From NCBI GenBank assembly GCA_963664815.2, contig CAXXHB010000003.1, forward strand, positions 3,712,001-3,776,000: a DNA stretch of 64,000 nt, written 5' to 3'. This document shows, in pieces, positions 1-10,250 of the stretch; the stretch's first letter is position 1, and each line of letters starts with the position of its first letter. The position numbers and the translations under genes are program-made. The notes beneath the pieces are model-generated. The model was not told the DNA's origin, made no database searches, and saw nothing but the letters and a program-made list of their open reading frames with translations. The DNA is from Spirochaetota bacterium. Its GTDB lineage: Bacteria; Spirochaetota; UBA4802; UBA5550.

Positions 1-985
1 TTACAAGAAACGGTATATCCTCTTTCCTTTCGCGCAGAGGTGGAATGTGAATTGAAAGCACCTTAAGCCTGAAATAGAGGTCATCCCTGAACTCTTTCTT
101 TTTAATCAGCTCCTCAAGATTTTTATTTGTTGCTGAAATCATCCTGACATTCAGAACCATTGATTTTGAATCCCCTATTCTGCGTATTTCCCGATCCTGA
201 AGAAACCGGAGCAGCTTCCCCTGAATATCAATGCCGATATCACCAATCTCATCAAGAAAAATTACACCGTTATCAGCCTGTTCAAAAAGTCCGGCCCGGC
301 TGTCACCGGCTCCGGTAAAAGATCCTTTTCTGAATCCGAAGAGTTCACTTTCAAGAAGATTCACAGGGAGCAGGCTGCACTGAACCGGCACAAAGGGTTT
401 ATCCTTTCTTTCACTGATGGAATGGATATACTTCGCTATGACCTCCTTCCCCGTGCCGCTTTCCCCCGTTATAAGCACGCTCAGCTGCGTGTCTGCAACC
501 TTTCTGCAGAAAACGAGTATCTCCTGCATCCTCCTGCTTATAACATTCAGCGTGCTGCCCCTCTGGAGAAGTTCAATCTCTTTCTTTAAACGTATATTCT
601 CATCAACAAGTTTAATATGATCGAGAACCTGCTTCACCGATATCCGTATTTCATCACCCTGAAACGGTTTAGTTATATAATCAAATGCCCCGAGCCTCAT
701 TGCATCAACCGCATTCTCTATACTGCCATAGGCTGTGATCATTATAAAATGAAGCTCCTGCCTTAATGATATTGCCTGTTTTAAAAACTCAATTCCATTC
801 AACTCCGGCATGTTTATATCTACAACAGCAATATCAAATGTTTCTTTGCGGACTATTTCCAGCGCCTTCACTGATGATGTCATTGTGATGACTTCATATC
901 CTTCAGGTGACAGAATGCTTTTCAGCAGTTTACACATACCCTCTTCATCATCAAGTACAAGTATTCTGACATTGTTATTTTCCAT
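1..985 (-). CDS. sigma-54-dependent response regulator (NtrC/AtoC family), 3' end runs off the window
   Basis: Not in the ORF track; translated by hand from ATG at 985: MENNNVRILVLDDEEGMCKLL (receiver domain), Walker A GESGTGKE, ESELFG..KGSFTGA (GAFTGA-like), Walker B FLDEIGD. Overlaps the kinase stop by 11 nt. Confidence 0.93.
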   Translation of the reverse strand, partial: MENNNVRILVLDDEEGMCKLLKSILSPEGYEVITMTSSVKALEIVRKETFDIAVVDINMPELNGIEFLKQAISLRQELHFIMITAYGSIENAVDAMRLGAFDYITKPFQGDEIRISVKQVLDHIKLVDENIRLKKEIELLQRGSTLNVISRRMQEILVFCRKVADTQLSVLITGESGTGKEVIAKYIHSISERKDKPFVPVQCSLLPVNLLESELFGFRKGSFTGAGDSRAGLFEQADNGVIFLDEIGDIGIDIQGKLLRFLQDREIRRIGDSKSMVLNVRMISATNKNLEELIKKKEFRDDLYFRLKVLSIHIPPLRERKEDIPFLV

Positions 986-2426
986 TTCTTTCCCTCGGTA
1001 TGTTTATGACAAATTCAGCTCCATGCCCCGGTGCTTCGCCGATCTCAATTGAACCGTTATGTTTCTGTATAATATCCCGGCATATGGCAAGCCCAAGTCC
1101 CACCCCCCTGCTTTTTGTTGTATAAAACGGCGTGAAAATCTTTTCTCTCTCCTTCTCCCTGATTCCCGGACCGTCATCAGTAATTCTTACCTCCGCCAGT
1201 TCCGAGGTATAGGATAATACTATATTAACAGACCCTTTATATTCCATCGCTTCGCATGAATTGAGCATCATGTTTAAAAGAACCTGCTTAATCTGAACAG
1301 CATCAATTTCAATTTCCACCTCTTCCTGCGGTTTTTTAAACTCAAACCTTACATCCCTGTATTTATCCTGATTCATCAGCAGCTTTACAGTTTCACGTAT
1401 TACGCTGCTGATATTATTCAGAATATAGCATGGAGCAGGCGTTCTCGCAAAATCAAGAAGCTCTCCCAGAAGTTTTTTACAACGCACAGCCTCTCCGTGT
1501 ATATCACCGATATACTCCATGTCTGCATCACTCAGGGATTTTTTCTGCAGAAGCAGTTCTGCAAAACCGCAGATTATGCCTATCGGGTTATTCAGTTCAT
1601 GGGATATCCCCGCAGCTATCTCTCCGACTGCAGCTCTCCTTTCCGATACTATCAGTTTCTGCTGGTTAGCCGTAAGAGTATCTATCATCATCTTGAATCT
1701 CTCCCTGAGGCTTTCCATCTCCACCTTATCGGTACTAACCGGCATAAGGTTATCACTTGCCATTTCGATCTCTTTTATCGGATCAACAATACTTTTTGTT
1801 ATAATAATGACCAGCAGCACGCCAAGTATGATAAAGCATACTATTATTACATACGCGAGATACCTGCTGTTATTTATATATCTTTTGAGTTTACTCTCCG
1901 ACTCGGCAATTACACTTCTGTTAACAGTAATCAGCTGCTCACACCCGTTATAAATTGCATTATAATGGTTCATTGATTTAATAAGAAGAAGCTTTATCGC
2001 CTGGTCCTTCCTTCCGCTGTCAGCAAGGTAAATTATCTCCTTGTGGGATTTCATATAACTTGAAAATTCAAGAGACATTATCGACAGAATATCTCTCTCC
2101 TCGTCGGTGTTTGCCACCTGGAATGCCTGGTTATACCAGAAGTTGAACTGCTCGACTTTTTCATCAAACTCCTTCAGCCACCTTCTGTCGCCATCAAGCA
2201 TATAGTTAGCCTTCAGCTCTTTCAGATTAAGAAGTGAATTTTCAACATTATATCCGGCTGTTATGCTTGTTAGATTCTTTAAAAGTATTTCGCCATGCAG
2301 ATCCTGCATCTTATGAGTTATTACCAGAAGTACAATAAAAATCATAATTGCAGGAATCATCATAAACTGAAATATTATTAAAATTTTGTACCAGATTTTA
2401 AGATTTCTTATACTATAGAGTTTCAT
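975..2426 (-). CDS. membrane sensor histidine kinase (4HB-type periplasmic sensor, HisKA, HATPase)
   Basis: Two TM segments, H-box ISHELNNP, N-box QVLLNMMLNS, DDGPG, FTPFYTTK, GVGLGL. RBS-like GGAAAGGA precedes ATG 2426 (ORF track start 2450). Confidence 0.93.
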   Translation of the reverse strand: MKLYSIRNLKIWYKILIIFQFMMIPAIMIFIVLLVITHKMQDLHGEILLKNLTSITAGYNVENSLLNLKELKANYMLDGDRRWLKEFDEKVEQFNFWYNQAFQVANTDEERDILSIMSLEFSSYMKSHKEIIYLADSGRKDQAIKLLLIKSMNHYNAIYNGCEQLITVNRSVIAESESKLKRYINNSRYLAYVIIVCFIILGVLLVIIITKSIVDPIKEIEMASDNLMPVSTDKVEMESLRERFKMMIDTLTANQQKLIVSERRAAVGEIAAGISHELNNPIGIICGFAELLLQKKSLSDADMEYIGDIHGEAVRCKKLLGELLDFARTPAPCYILNNISSVIRETVKLLMNQDKYRDVRFEFKKPQEEVEIEIDAVQIKQVLLNMMLNSCEAMEYKGSVNIVLSYTSELAEVRITDDGPGIREKEREKIFTPFYTTKSRGVGLGLAICRDIIQKHNGSIEIGEAPGHGAEFVINIPRERNGK

Positions 2427-2732
2427 AATCCTTTCCTGTAAGAACATCATCCCGGGAAGTAATAATTGTCAAGATTTTCATTTTAACGGCAAAACAACTT
2501 TTTTATAATCAATATCCCTGTAAAAAACCTGTTTTTTACCATATATATTTCCATCTTTACATCCTTACCCGGATGGAACCGGAGCAAGGGGGGAACATGA
2601 ACAGGAAAAGAGCTGTTTCACAGATAATTACCGGAAGCATATTGACAAAAACCGGGATTGCAGCTTTATTTGATTCAGTATTAAATTACGACTGAAGATT
2701 TCATTTTAATCTGAATATCAGCCGGGGGGCTA

Positions 2733-3350
2733 ATGAAAAGCGCATTTTTTAATATACCTGAATCAAAGAGAGAAATAATAATCAATGCCTGCATAGATGA
2801 ATTTGCATCACACGGATATGAAAAAAGTTCAACAGACAGAATTATAAAAGCAGCGGGGATATCAAAAGGGGGGCTTTACGAATATATTACCGCGAAAGAG
2901 GAACTCTTCATATTCATAACTGAACATGCCTACAGGGAGCTTTACGGATTTATAAGAAACGGGCTTAAATGTGAGAATGACACTCTTCCGGATGATATTC
3001 TTGAAAGATTCAGACTGGTTTCCTCAATTGCGATAGATTTTTATATAAAACACCCCGAATATATACGCTTTATAGCAAATACCTACAGAATAAACGACCA
3101 GGTTCTTGAAGAGAAGGTTAAAAAGATCTTCATGAAGCAATTCCTTAATATCTTCGGAACTATCTGCGGTGAAACACTGCTCTACGACAGGGAGAAACTG
3201 ATAGACCTTCTTATATGGCTCCTTGCCAAAACACGGGATGATTTCCTTCACGCACTGAAGAAGAATAAGAATATCAGGAGACTCAAGTCAGTATATATGG
3301 ACAACTGGGATTTTTATCTTTCGATTCTTAAAACAGGAATTTACAGATAA
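2733..3350 (+). CDS. TetR/AcrR family transcriptional regulator
   Basis: N-terminal HTH: EFASHGYEKSSTDRIIKAAGISKGGLYEYITAKEEL. Confidence 0.9.
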   Translation: MKSAFFNIPESKREIIINACIDEFASHGYEKSSTDRIIKAAGISKGGLYEYITAKEELFIFITEHAYRELYGFIRNGLKCENDTLPDDILERFRLVSSIAIDFYIKHPEYIRFIANTYRINDQVLEEKVKKIFMKQFLNIFGTICGETLLYDREKLIDLLIWLLAKTRDDFLHALKKNKNIRRLKSVYMDNWDFYLSILKTGIYR

Positions 3351-3548
3351 TATGCAGCTTCCGGACAGCCCATTCCCGATCTGCAGATACATCCCCGGAT
3401 CACATGGAAAAATGTTTCCGGTCACCCAAGGGTCTGAGTTAACAGTATTTAAACACCGCTCTCCCGTCACCCCCTCTTCCCGATGTTTGGTAATTAAGCT
3501 TTTCCCGTACATTATTCACATTATTTATTTTCCCCGGATTTCAATTAT

Positions 3549-3579
3549 AAAAAAAAGGGCTGCCATTAAGGGCAGCCCT
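3549..3579 (-). terminator. intrinsic terminator downstream of the FadN-like gene
   Basis: Stem AGGGCTGCC/GGCAGCCCT with a 6-nt loop, followed by a U-run on the minus strand. Confidence 0.8.
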
Positions 3580-3638
3580 GGTGGTTTATTTTATGACCTT
3601 ACCTGAAGATTAAAAATCATTATAAATAAAAGAGAGGA

Positions 3639-6041
3639 TTACAGCATCAAAGGTTTTCCTTTAGTTGCCATATGTTCAGCCATCTTCCGTGTGTTTTCAG
3701 TTTTCCAGAGGCCGACAAAAGCTTCTCTTTCAAGTCTGAGCATATACTCTTCAGATATTTCATTTCCCTGTTTCACATCTCCCCCCGACAGTACATATGC
3801 TGCCGTTCTTACTATATGAGCCATATGAGGTGTTATCTGGAATGCTGCCAGCATATCAGGAAGATTAGCATCAATTGCACCCATTGCATCTGACCCCATT
3901 ACTTTAATCGGAGTTTTTGCCGGAGGAACATACCCGTCTTCAACCATCCTCAGAACTTCTTTTTTAGCCTCTCCTATAAGATAGTCCTTATTAAAAATGA
4001 TTCTGTCCTGTGCCCTTATAAAACCTGATTTTTTCGCATCCATTGCCGATCCGCCAACTTTAGCCATTGCTATCTGCTGGAATGCCTGCAGGAATATCGC
4101 AAGCATATCTGTTGAGGGTGCAACAGGTGTTTCTATAAGTCTTCTCCACAAAGCTACACAGCCTCCACCTGCCGGTATCAGTCCTGCCCCAACTTCAACA
4201 AGTCCCATGTAAAGTTCACAATGTGCTATAATTTTATCCGTCCAGAGGCATATTTCACAGCCTCCGCCTAGTGTCATACCATAAGGAGCTGAAATCACCG
4301 GGTATGTGGAGTATTTGGTTTCCTGCATTCCCAGATGTACATTAGCGATAAAGCTGTCTATCTCTGAAAACTTTCCTGCTGATGCAAGACCCAGCATGTA
4401 TTTCAAGTCTCCCCCAGCACTGAATGCACCCGGAATTCCGCCCGCCTGATTCCCTATAACAAGGCCGATACCGTTTTTATTGATATATTCACGGACTTTT
4501 GCGCCTGTATCAACTATTTCACCATTAACGGCATTCATCTTTGTATGATATTCAAAGCAGAATACACCATCTCCGATGTCTACAAGAGACGCGCTGTTAT
4601 TTTTAATGACTTCTTTTGCCGAATCAGATTTTATATTATCGAGAAAAATCATCTGCGGGCTGTACTGGATATTCTTGTAGGTCATGGTTGTGAAATCCCA
4701 GTATTGTTTTCTGCCATTCTGTACCCTGTAGAACGAAGTACCCCCCTTTTCAAGCATGGTATTAATAGCAGCAGGTATTGCATAACCAGATTTTTCAATA
4801 CCTGACAAAGAGTCCTTCAAGCCTATACAATCCCACATTTCAAACGGTCCATACTCATACGCATAGCCCCACTTCATCGCATTGTCTATTTCTATGAGAG
4901 TATCGCATATTTCCGGAATCCTGTTTACGGAGTATACAAACTCACATGAGAGAAGTCTCATCGCGAATTCACTGTTGTTGAATATGTATTTTATCTTTTC
5001 AGGAATTGTCTTAAACACCTTTGTTGCTTCCACAACAGGATAAGATGCATTTGCATCATAATCAACATGCTGCAGTGTTTTGATATCTATTACTTTTTTG
5101 AATTTTTTTCCGTTTGCATCTTTGCCTGAAAAATAAAATCCCCCCAGCCCTTTTGCCTTGTTTCCGAACATCCCCTTAGCCATCATATCCTTGAAAAACT
5201 TCGGTGTTTTATACTTCTCTCTGAATTCGTCATTTACGAGAAGTTTGTAAGAGTTGTCCGCTATATGGTCTGTCGTATCGGCACCGACAAAGTCAGTAAG
5301 TCCGAATATTCCTGTTCCGGGAATACCCATCGGCTTTGAAAATATAGCATCAGCTTCAGGAATTGTTATAATCCCTTTTTCCAGCAATATCAGTGCTTCA
5401 CATATAGAGATCATCCCTATCCTGTTCCCTATAAAATTCGGAGTGTCTTTCCCCCAGACAACGCCCTTACCAAGAGTCTGTTCGCCCCACTTTGAAACGA
5501 AATCACAGACTTCTTTTGTTGTTTCCGGACCTGCAATACACTCAAGAATTTTCATGTAACGTACGGGATTAAAGAAATGCAGTATAAGAAAATGCTCTTT
5601 AAAATCCCTGCTCCTTCCTTCAGCCATCTGTGAAATCGGAAGTCCTGAAGTGTTGGAAGCTATTATAGATCCTGGTTTTCTTATTTTTTCAAGTCTTCCG
5701 AAAAGATCCTGCTTTACTTTAAGATTTTCAACAACAACTTCAAAGATGATGTCACACTCCTTAAGCCTGTCAAAATCATCTGTGAGATTGCCTGTCTCAA
5801 TAAGGGCAAGATCATGTTTTTTGTCCATGAGTGCTGCAGGTTTTGCTTTAACCTGTCCCTCCAGCCCCGCCGCAACAATTCTGTTTTTTGCAATGCGATC
5901 ATTCTTCTCTTCATCTTTAAGGTCAAAAGGGGCAATATCCAGTAAAAGCGTCTTCACTCCCGCACTGGCACATAGTGCAGCTATGCCCCCTCCCATAATA
6001 CCCGATCCGATTACAGCTGCTTTTTCAATCCGTCTAGTCAT
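3639..6041 (-). CDS. 3-hydroxyacyl-CoA dehydrogenase / enoyl-CoA hydratase fusion (FadN-like)
   Basis: GSGIMG Rossmann motif, SNTSG, HFFNPVRYMKILE, KDTPNFIGNR; C-terminal crotonase domain (FSAGGDL, GGGCE, VEVGAGLIP). Confidence 0.93.
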   Translation of the reverse strand: MTRRIEKAAVIGSGIMGGGIAALCASAGVKTLLLDIAPFDLKDEEKNDRIAKNRIVAAGLEGQVKAKPAALMDKKHDLALIETGNLTDDFDRLKECDIIFEVVVENLKVKQDLFGRLEKIRKPGSIIASNTSGLPISQMAEGRSRDFKEHFLILHFFNPVRYMKILECIAGPETTKEVCDFVSKWGEQTLGKGVVWGKDTPNFIGNRIGMISICEALILLEKGIITIPEADAIFSKPMGIPGTGIFGLTDFVGADTTDHIADNSYKLLVNDEFREKYKTPKFFKDMMAKGMFGNKAKGLGGFYFSGKDANGKKFKKVIDIKTLQHVDYDANASYPVVEATKVFKTIPEKIKYIFNNSEFAMRLLSCEFVYSVNRIPEICDTLIEIDNAMKWGYAYEYGPFEMWDCIGLKDSLSGIEKSGYAIPAAINTMLEKGGTSFYRVQNGRKQYWDFTTMTYKNIQYSPQMIFLDNIKSDSAKEVIKNNSASLVDIGDGVFCFEYHTKMNAVNGEIVDTGAKVREYINKNGIGLVIGNQAGGIPGAFSAGGDLKYMLGLASAGKFSEIDSFIANVHLGMQETKYSTYPVISAPYGMTLGGGCEICLWTDKIIAHCELYMGLVEVGAGLIPAGGGCVALWRRLIETPVAPSTDMLAIFLQAFQQIAMAKVGGSAMDAKKSGFIRAQDRIIFNKDYLIGEAKKEVLRMVEDGYVPPAKTPIKVMGSDAMGAIDANLPDMLAAFQITPHMAHIVRTAAYVLSGGDVKQGNEISEEYMLRLEREAFVGLWKTENTRKMAEHMATKGKPLML

Positions 6042-6163
6042 AAAACCTTTCTCCTCTGTTTTTGTTTATGGGCATAAACAATGTTTATTACCCTGAAATA
6101 TTTAACACCCGGATCAAATTATAACTAATTCAATACACTACGGTTCCCTTCTTCACCTGCTCT

Positions 6164-7348
6164 CTACTTTATATTCTCAACAATAAATGCACACGCAGGA
6201 CCGCCACTCGCACACATGCTTGCACATGCATACCGTCCGCCCCGGCGCTTAAGTTCATTAATCGCCGCCATAATAATCCTTACACCTGTCATGCCTACAG
6301 GGTGACCTATTGGAATGCCCGATCCTACAGCGTTAAGATTCTCAATTGAAATTCCCAGTTCTTTCTGGCATCCTATTGCCTGTGCAGCAAAGGCTTCATT
6401 AAGCTCCCAGTAATCTATATCTTTGACAGTTAGTCCTGCAAATTTCAGAGCCCTGTGTACTGCCGGGACAACCCCCATCCCCATGATCCTCGGTTCCACT
6501 GCACCTGATGCGGACGATACAACCTTTGCAACCGGTTTAATCCCCAGCATACCAGCCCTGTCTGCCGACATCAGTATCATGGCAGCCGCACCGTCATTTA
6601 ATCCTGAAGCGTTGAAAGCCGTTACGGTTCCATCTTTTTTGAAGGCCGGCTTAAGACCGGCAGCCATTTCCATTGTTGCATTCGGATTCGGATGTTCATC
6701 AGTATCAAATATTTTCACACCCTTTTTTGTTTTAACTTCAACCGGTACAATTTCATCTTTCAATAAACCTTCAGCAATAGCTCTGCAGGCCCTTTTGTGG
6801 CTCAGCAGTGAATATTCATCCTGCTCTTCCCGTGTTATGCCGTACTTTTCTGCAATGTTTTCAGCAGTTATTCCCATATGATACCCTTCAAAAGCGCATA
6901 CAAGTCCTCCTATCATCAGACTATCCTGAATTTTTTCACCATCGCCAAGACGATACCCCTTTCTGCCGTTCATCAACAGATAAGGGGCATTGGTCATACT
7001 CTCCTGTCCTACTGCAGCCGCTACTTCCACCCTGCCGAGCATAATTTCCTGTGCAAGTATGTCCGCCGCCCGCATCGATGATGGGCATTGCTGGTGAACT
7101 GTTGTCGAAATTGTCTCTACCGGGCAGCCGGATTTAAGCGTAACCCACCGGGCTGAGTTTCCCGGTGAACCTGCCTGATTACACTGACCTACAATTACCT
7201 CTTCAATAATATCAGGATTAATTCCTGCTTTCTGGATGGCCCCCTTAAGCGCGAATACACCAAGTTCGTGTCCCTTAAAGCTCTCCAGTGATCCATTAAA
7301 ATCACCTACAGCTGTTCTTGCTGCACTTATAATTACTGCTTCTTTCAT
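6164..7348 (-). CDS. thiolase (acetyl-CoA C-acyltransferase)
   Basis: Catalytic Cys in QQCPSS, NEAF, GHPVG, C-terminal CASGG; TAFNASGLNDGAAA. Confidence 0.93.
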   Translation of the reverse strand: MKEAVIISAARTAVGDFNGSLESFKGHELGVFALKGAIQKAGINPDIIEEVIVGQCNQAGSPGNSARWVTLKSGCPVETISTTVHQQCPSSMRAADILAQEIMLGRVEVAAAVGQESMTNAPYLLMNGRKGYRLGDGEKIQDSLMIGGLVCAFEGYHMGITAENIAEKYGITREEQDEYSLLSHKRACRAIAEGLLKDEIVPVEVKTKKGVKIFDTDEHPNPNATMEMAAGLKPAFKKDGTVTAFNASGLNDGAAAMILMSADRAGMLGIKPVAKVVSSASGAVEPRIMGMGVVPAVHRALKFAGLTVKDIDYWELNEAFAAQAIGCQKELGISIENLNAVGSGIPIGHPVGMTGVRIIMAAINELKRRGGRYACASMCASGGPACAFIVENIK

Positions 7349-7479
7349 TGTTAAATCTCCTTAAACATTCATTATCTTTACTTAAAAAATATCCGGTTTT
7401 TTATAGTTCCAAAGCCAGCTTTATAGTTTTTTAAAACTCATCTTATAATGTCTGTATTACATTTTATAACAGTATCATG

Positions 7480-7497
7480 TTAATGAACGATAATTAA
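7480..7497. promoter_or_regulatory. putative TetR/FadR-type operator upstream of the thiolase
   Basis: TTAATGAACGATAATTAA, a degenerate copy of consensus TTAATGAAYGACCATTMA seen seven times in the cluster. Confidence 0.6.
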
Positions 7498-7595
7498 CTT
7501 GATACGGAAAAAAATAACTCCATTTAATAATTCTACTGATAAGTGTTTAAAATCTCCGGTATTCATCAATATGTTTAACATATTGTTCCATCTCA

Positions 7596-9035
7596 CTATT
7601 CAATACCGCCGAGTTTTTTCGCGTTTTTCTTTTTCTGTTCCATATTTACAAGCCGTGAAATCATAATACGCTGCGCCTGCGGCGAACCTGCACCATGCAT
7701 CGATTCAGTAAGATAACCTACCGCTGCAGAACCCATGGTAATGTTTTCTATAAGCCTCATTATTCTCATCCGGTTAACAGTTGAAACATCTGCCCTTCCT
7801 TTAAAATATTTATGAACCCACTTTCCGGTTTCAGGGGAATTCAGATCATCTTCCGAGGGGAGCGTAACCATCAGCCCTCCTGCTATATCCTGTGCAAGCC
7901 GCGCGATTTCATAAGGAAACCTTGTTACATTCTGTTTGCAGACATTCGCAAGAAGAGTATCTACAAGATATGTACCTGAAGGCTGCTCAGTTCCCTCCTG
8001 AGCACACGCCAGGGAGCCACAAAAAAGTGTTTCATTCAGATGATTCATCTCAATAATCTTGTCTTTAACATGTGATGCCTTATCAGCACCGTTAAATTCC
8101 GCAGCTACCTGTGATGCACCAATCAGCACATCTCCTACTCCGACCTTGCAGGCATAACTCTGTCTGTGATAGGATGCAAAATTCTCAACCAGTTCTCCGG
8201 AAAAATCATATTCCCTCAGCATAAACACACGTTCCCATGGGACAAAAACATTATCAAACACTATCAAAGCCTCATGCCCTCCGAAAAAGGCATTACCTTT
8301 ATCAATCTGACCATTTTCTGTTTTTCTCGTGTCACAGGACTGCCTCCCGTAAATATAAATGATACCCTCTGCATCGGAAGGTACGGCAAACGATACAGCA
8401 TAATTCTTATCTTCCTCCTTCATCGAAACCGTGGGCATCACAATTATCTCGTGAGAATTAACCGCACCAGTCTGATGAGCCTTGGCGCCGCTGACTACTA
8501 TACCATCTTCCCTCTCCTCAACAACGTGAAGATACATATCAGGATCAGGCTGCTCATGAGGAGACAGTCTCCTGTCACCTTTGGGATCTGTCATTGCTCC
8601 GTCACAGACAAGATCCTCATTCTGCACGTATTCAAGATATTTAAGAAACCTTTTATTATATTCCGACCCGTATTTCCGGTCAATATTAAATGTTGTGATT
8701 GAAAGGGCATTTAATGCATCCATTCCTACGCACCTCTGAAAACAGCATCCTGTCAGTGAACCAAGGAGGCGCTCCATCTTCGTTTTTTTAACAAGATCAG
8801 CCGGACTCCGGTGTATATTAGTAAACCTGTTTATTCTTTTCCCGGTAATATGCGATGCTGCTGTTAAAAGATCTTCATATTCAGGTTTCAACGCCAGATC
8901 ATAAGTCAGCTTCACAGCATTCATTGACGGTCGTATTATCGGGTCATCTGCCGGATTTTCAATCTTCCTGCCGAACATGTAAACTTTCAACTTCAGTTTT
9001 CTCAGACTGTCTTCATATTCTTTACCTGTTTTCAT
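7596..9035 (-). CDS. abfD: 4-hydroxybutyryl-CoA dehydratase / vinylacetyl-CoA isomerase
   Basis: CCFQRCVGMDA (Fe-S Cys pair), GAMTDPKGDR, AKAHQTG, GGHEALIVFD, YHRQSYACK, ESMHGAGSPQAQ. Confidence 0.9.
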   Translation of the reverse strand: MKTGKEYEDSLRKLKLKVYMFGRKIENPADDPIIRPSMNAVKLTYDLALKPEYEDLLTAASHITGKRINRFTNIHRSPADLVKKTKMERLLGSLTGCCFQRCVGMDALNALSITTFNIDRKYGSEYNKRFLKYLEYVQNEDLVCDGAMTDPKGDRRLSPHEQPDPDMYLHVVEEREDGIVVSGAKAHQTGAVNSHEIIVMPTVSMKEEDKNYAVSFAVPSDAEGIIYIYGRQSCDTRKTENGQIDKGNAFFGGHEALIVFDNVFVPWERVFMLREYDFSGELVENFASYHRQSYACKVGVGDVLIGASQVAAEFNGADKASHVKDKIIEMNHLNETLFCGSLACAQEGTEQPSGTYLVDTLLANVCKQNVTRFPYEIARLAQDIAGGLMVTLPSEDDLNSPETGKWVHKYFKGRADVSTVNRMRIMRLIENITMGSAAVGYLTESMHGAGSPQAQRIMISRLVNMEQKKKNAKKLGGIE

Positions 9036-9098
9036 TTACAATTCTCCTGTTAAATCAGACCTGATTGAAATTTAATTGCATTTAATTTCATTATTAGT

Positions 9099-9971
9099 TC
9101 ACTTAGCTGAATAATCATACCATCCACGCCCTGATTTCTCACCAAAGTATCCATGAACATATCTTTCAACAACACCTGGTGACGGCATATCGGCTCTGTC
9201 TCCGCTGTTTTTAAAAGCTTCTGTTTTCATCAGATATTCAAGATCAATACCGGTAAGATCCATGAGGCGGAAAGGCCCCATCGGATGACCTGCTCCATAT
9301 AAACATGCCTTGTCAATATCTTCAAATGAAGCTATCCCCTTTTCATACAGCCAGAGTGCCTCCTTTGCCAGGGCTCCGAGTACCCTGTTAAGAATAAATC
9401 CGTCAATCTCACTGTTAAGCATAACAGGGATCTTGCCGAGTTTTTCACAAAACCTGAAGGAAACTTCAACAGTTTCGGCATCACAATGAGGGGCTTTTAC
9501 AACTTCGACCAGTTTCATAACAAGTGCTGGATTAAAGAAATGCAGGTTACACACTTTTCCCGGACGTCCGGTAGCATCGGCTATCCTGGAACTGACAATC
9601 CTCGAACTGTTTGTTGCAAGTATGGCGTGTTCCGGAGCAAGCCTGTCGAGATCAGCAAAAAGTTTTCTCTTAAGATCTAGATTTTCAATTGCCGCTTCAA
9701 TTACATAATCCGTATCCATAACCGCTTCTTTAAGATCAGAAACAAAAACTATCCGCTTTCGTATAGCGATTGATTCCGCTTCCGCAAGCTTGCCTTTTTT
9801 CACTCTTTCTTTCAGGTAATTATCAGCAAACAATTCAGCTTTTTTCAGAGTATCTGCATTAACATCAGTACACACTGTATTGTAACCACTGATTGCGCAT
9901 ACCAGAGTCAGCTGATGACCCATATTGCCAGCACCTATTATTGAAATGTTTTTCACGTCATTAATGTCCAT
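9099..9971 (-). CDS. 3-hydroxyacyl-CoA (3-hydroxybutyryl-CoA) dehydrogenase
   Basis: GAGNMG, EAAIENLDLK, ATNSS, HFFNPALVMKLVE, GFILNR, HPMGPF. Confidence 0.92.
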   Translation of the reverse strand: MDINDVKNISIIGAGNMGHQLTLVCAISGYNTVCTDVNADTLKKAELFADNYLKERVKKGKLAEAESIAIRKRIVFVSDLKEAVMDTDYVIEAAIENLDLKRKLFADLDRLAPEHAILATNSSRIVSSRIADATGRPGKVCNLHFFNPALVMKLVEVVKAPHCDAETVEVSFRFCEKLGKIPVMLNSEIDGFILNRVLGALAKEALWLYEKGIASFEDIDKACLYGAGHPMGPFRLMDLTGIDLEYLMKTEAFKNSGDRADMPSPGVVERYVHGYFGEKSGRGWYDYSAK

Positions 9972-10250
9972 ATAATATCTCCTTTTCTAATTGTTCTTTT
10001 TAACAAAACTATAACAGTTCACAACTAAATCAATTTATCCATTGGCCTTTATGCATTTATTCAATATAGATTGAGGCTGCACGATGCATTTCGGCAAACA
10101 TGTTTTCAGCATGATGCTGCTGTTTGCAGGCTGATAAACTTTCAATCCGACCTCAGCTGTATGCAGTTTTTGAAACTATCTTTCCGGAGATAAAGAAAAG
10201 CGGCCTTTACCATATTCACGATAACATATTAAAACATTCCGTGAACCGGC

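Noticed and set aside
3288-3606. Short ORFs 3288-3512 (-) and 3352-3606 (+)
   Set aside because: No motifs or RBS; they overlap the tetR end or the terminator in a convergent gap.
7596-9035. 4-hydroxyphenylacetate 3-monooxygenase (HpaB) assignment for the AbfD-family genes
   Set aside because: The Fe-S ligand motifs (CxxxC, H..Y..CK), the anaerobic acyl-CoA context and the absence of an HpaC flavin reductase favour AbfD.
9972-10250. Possible small gene or pseudogene between the dehydrogenase and patatin
   Set aside because: Only very short frames with no recognisable motifs.
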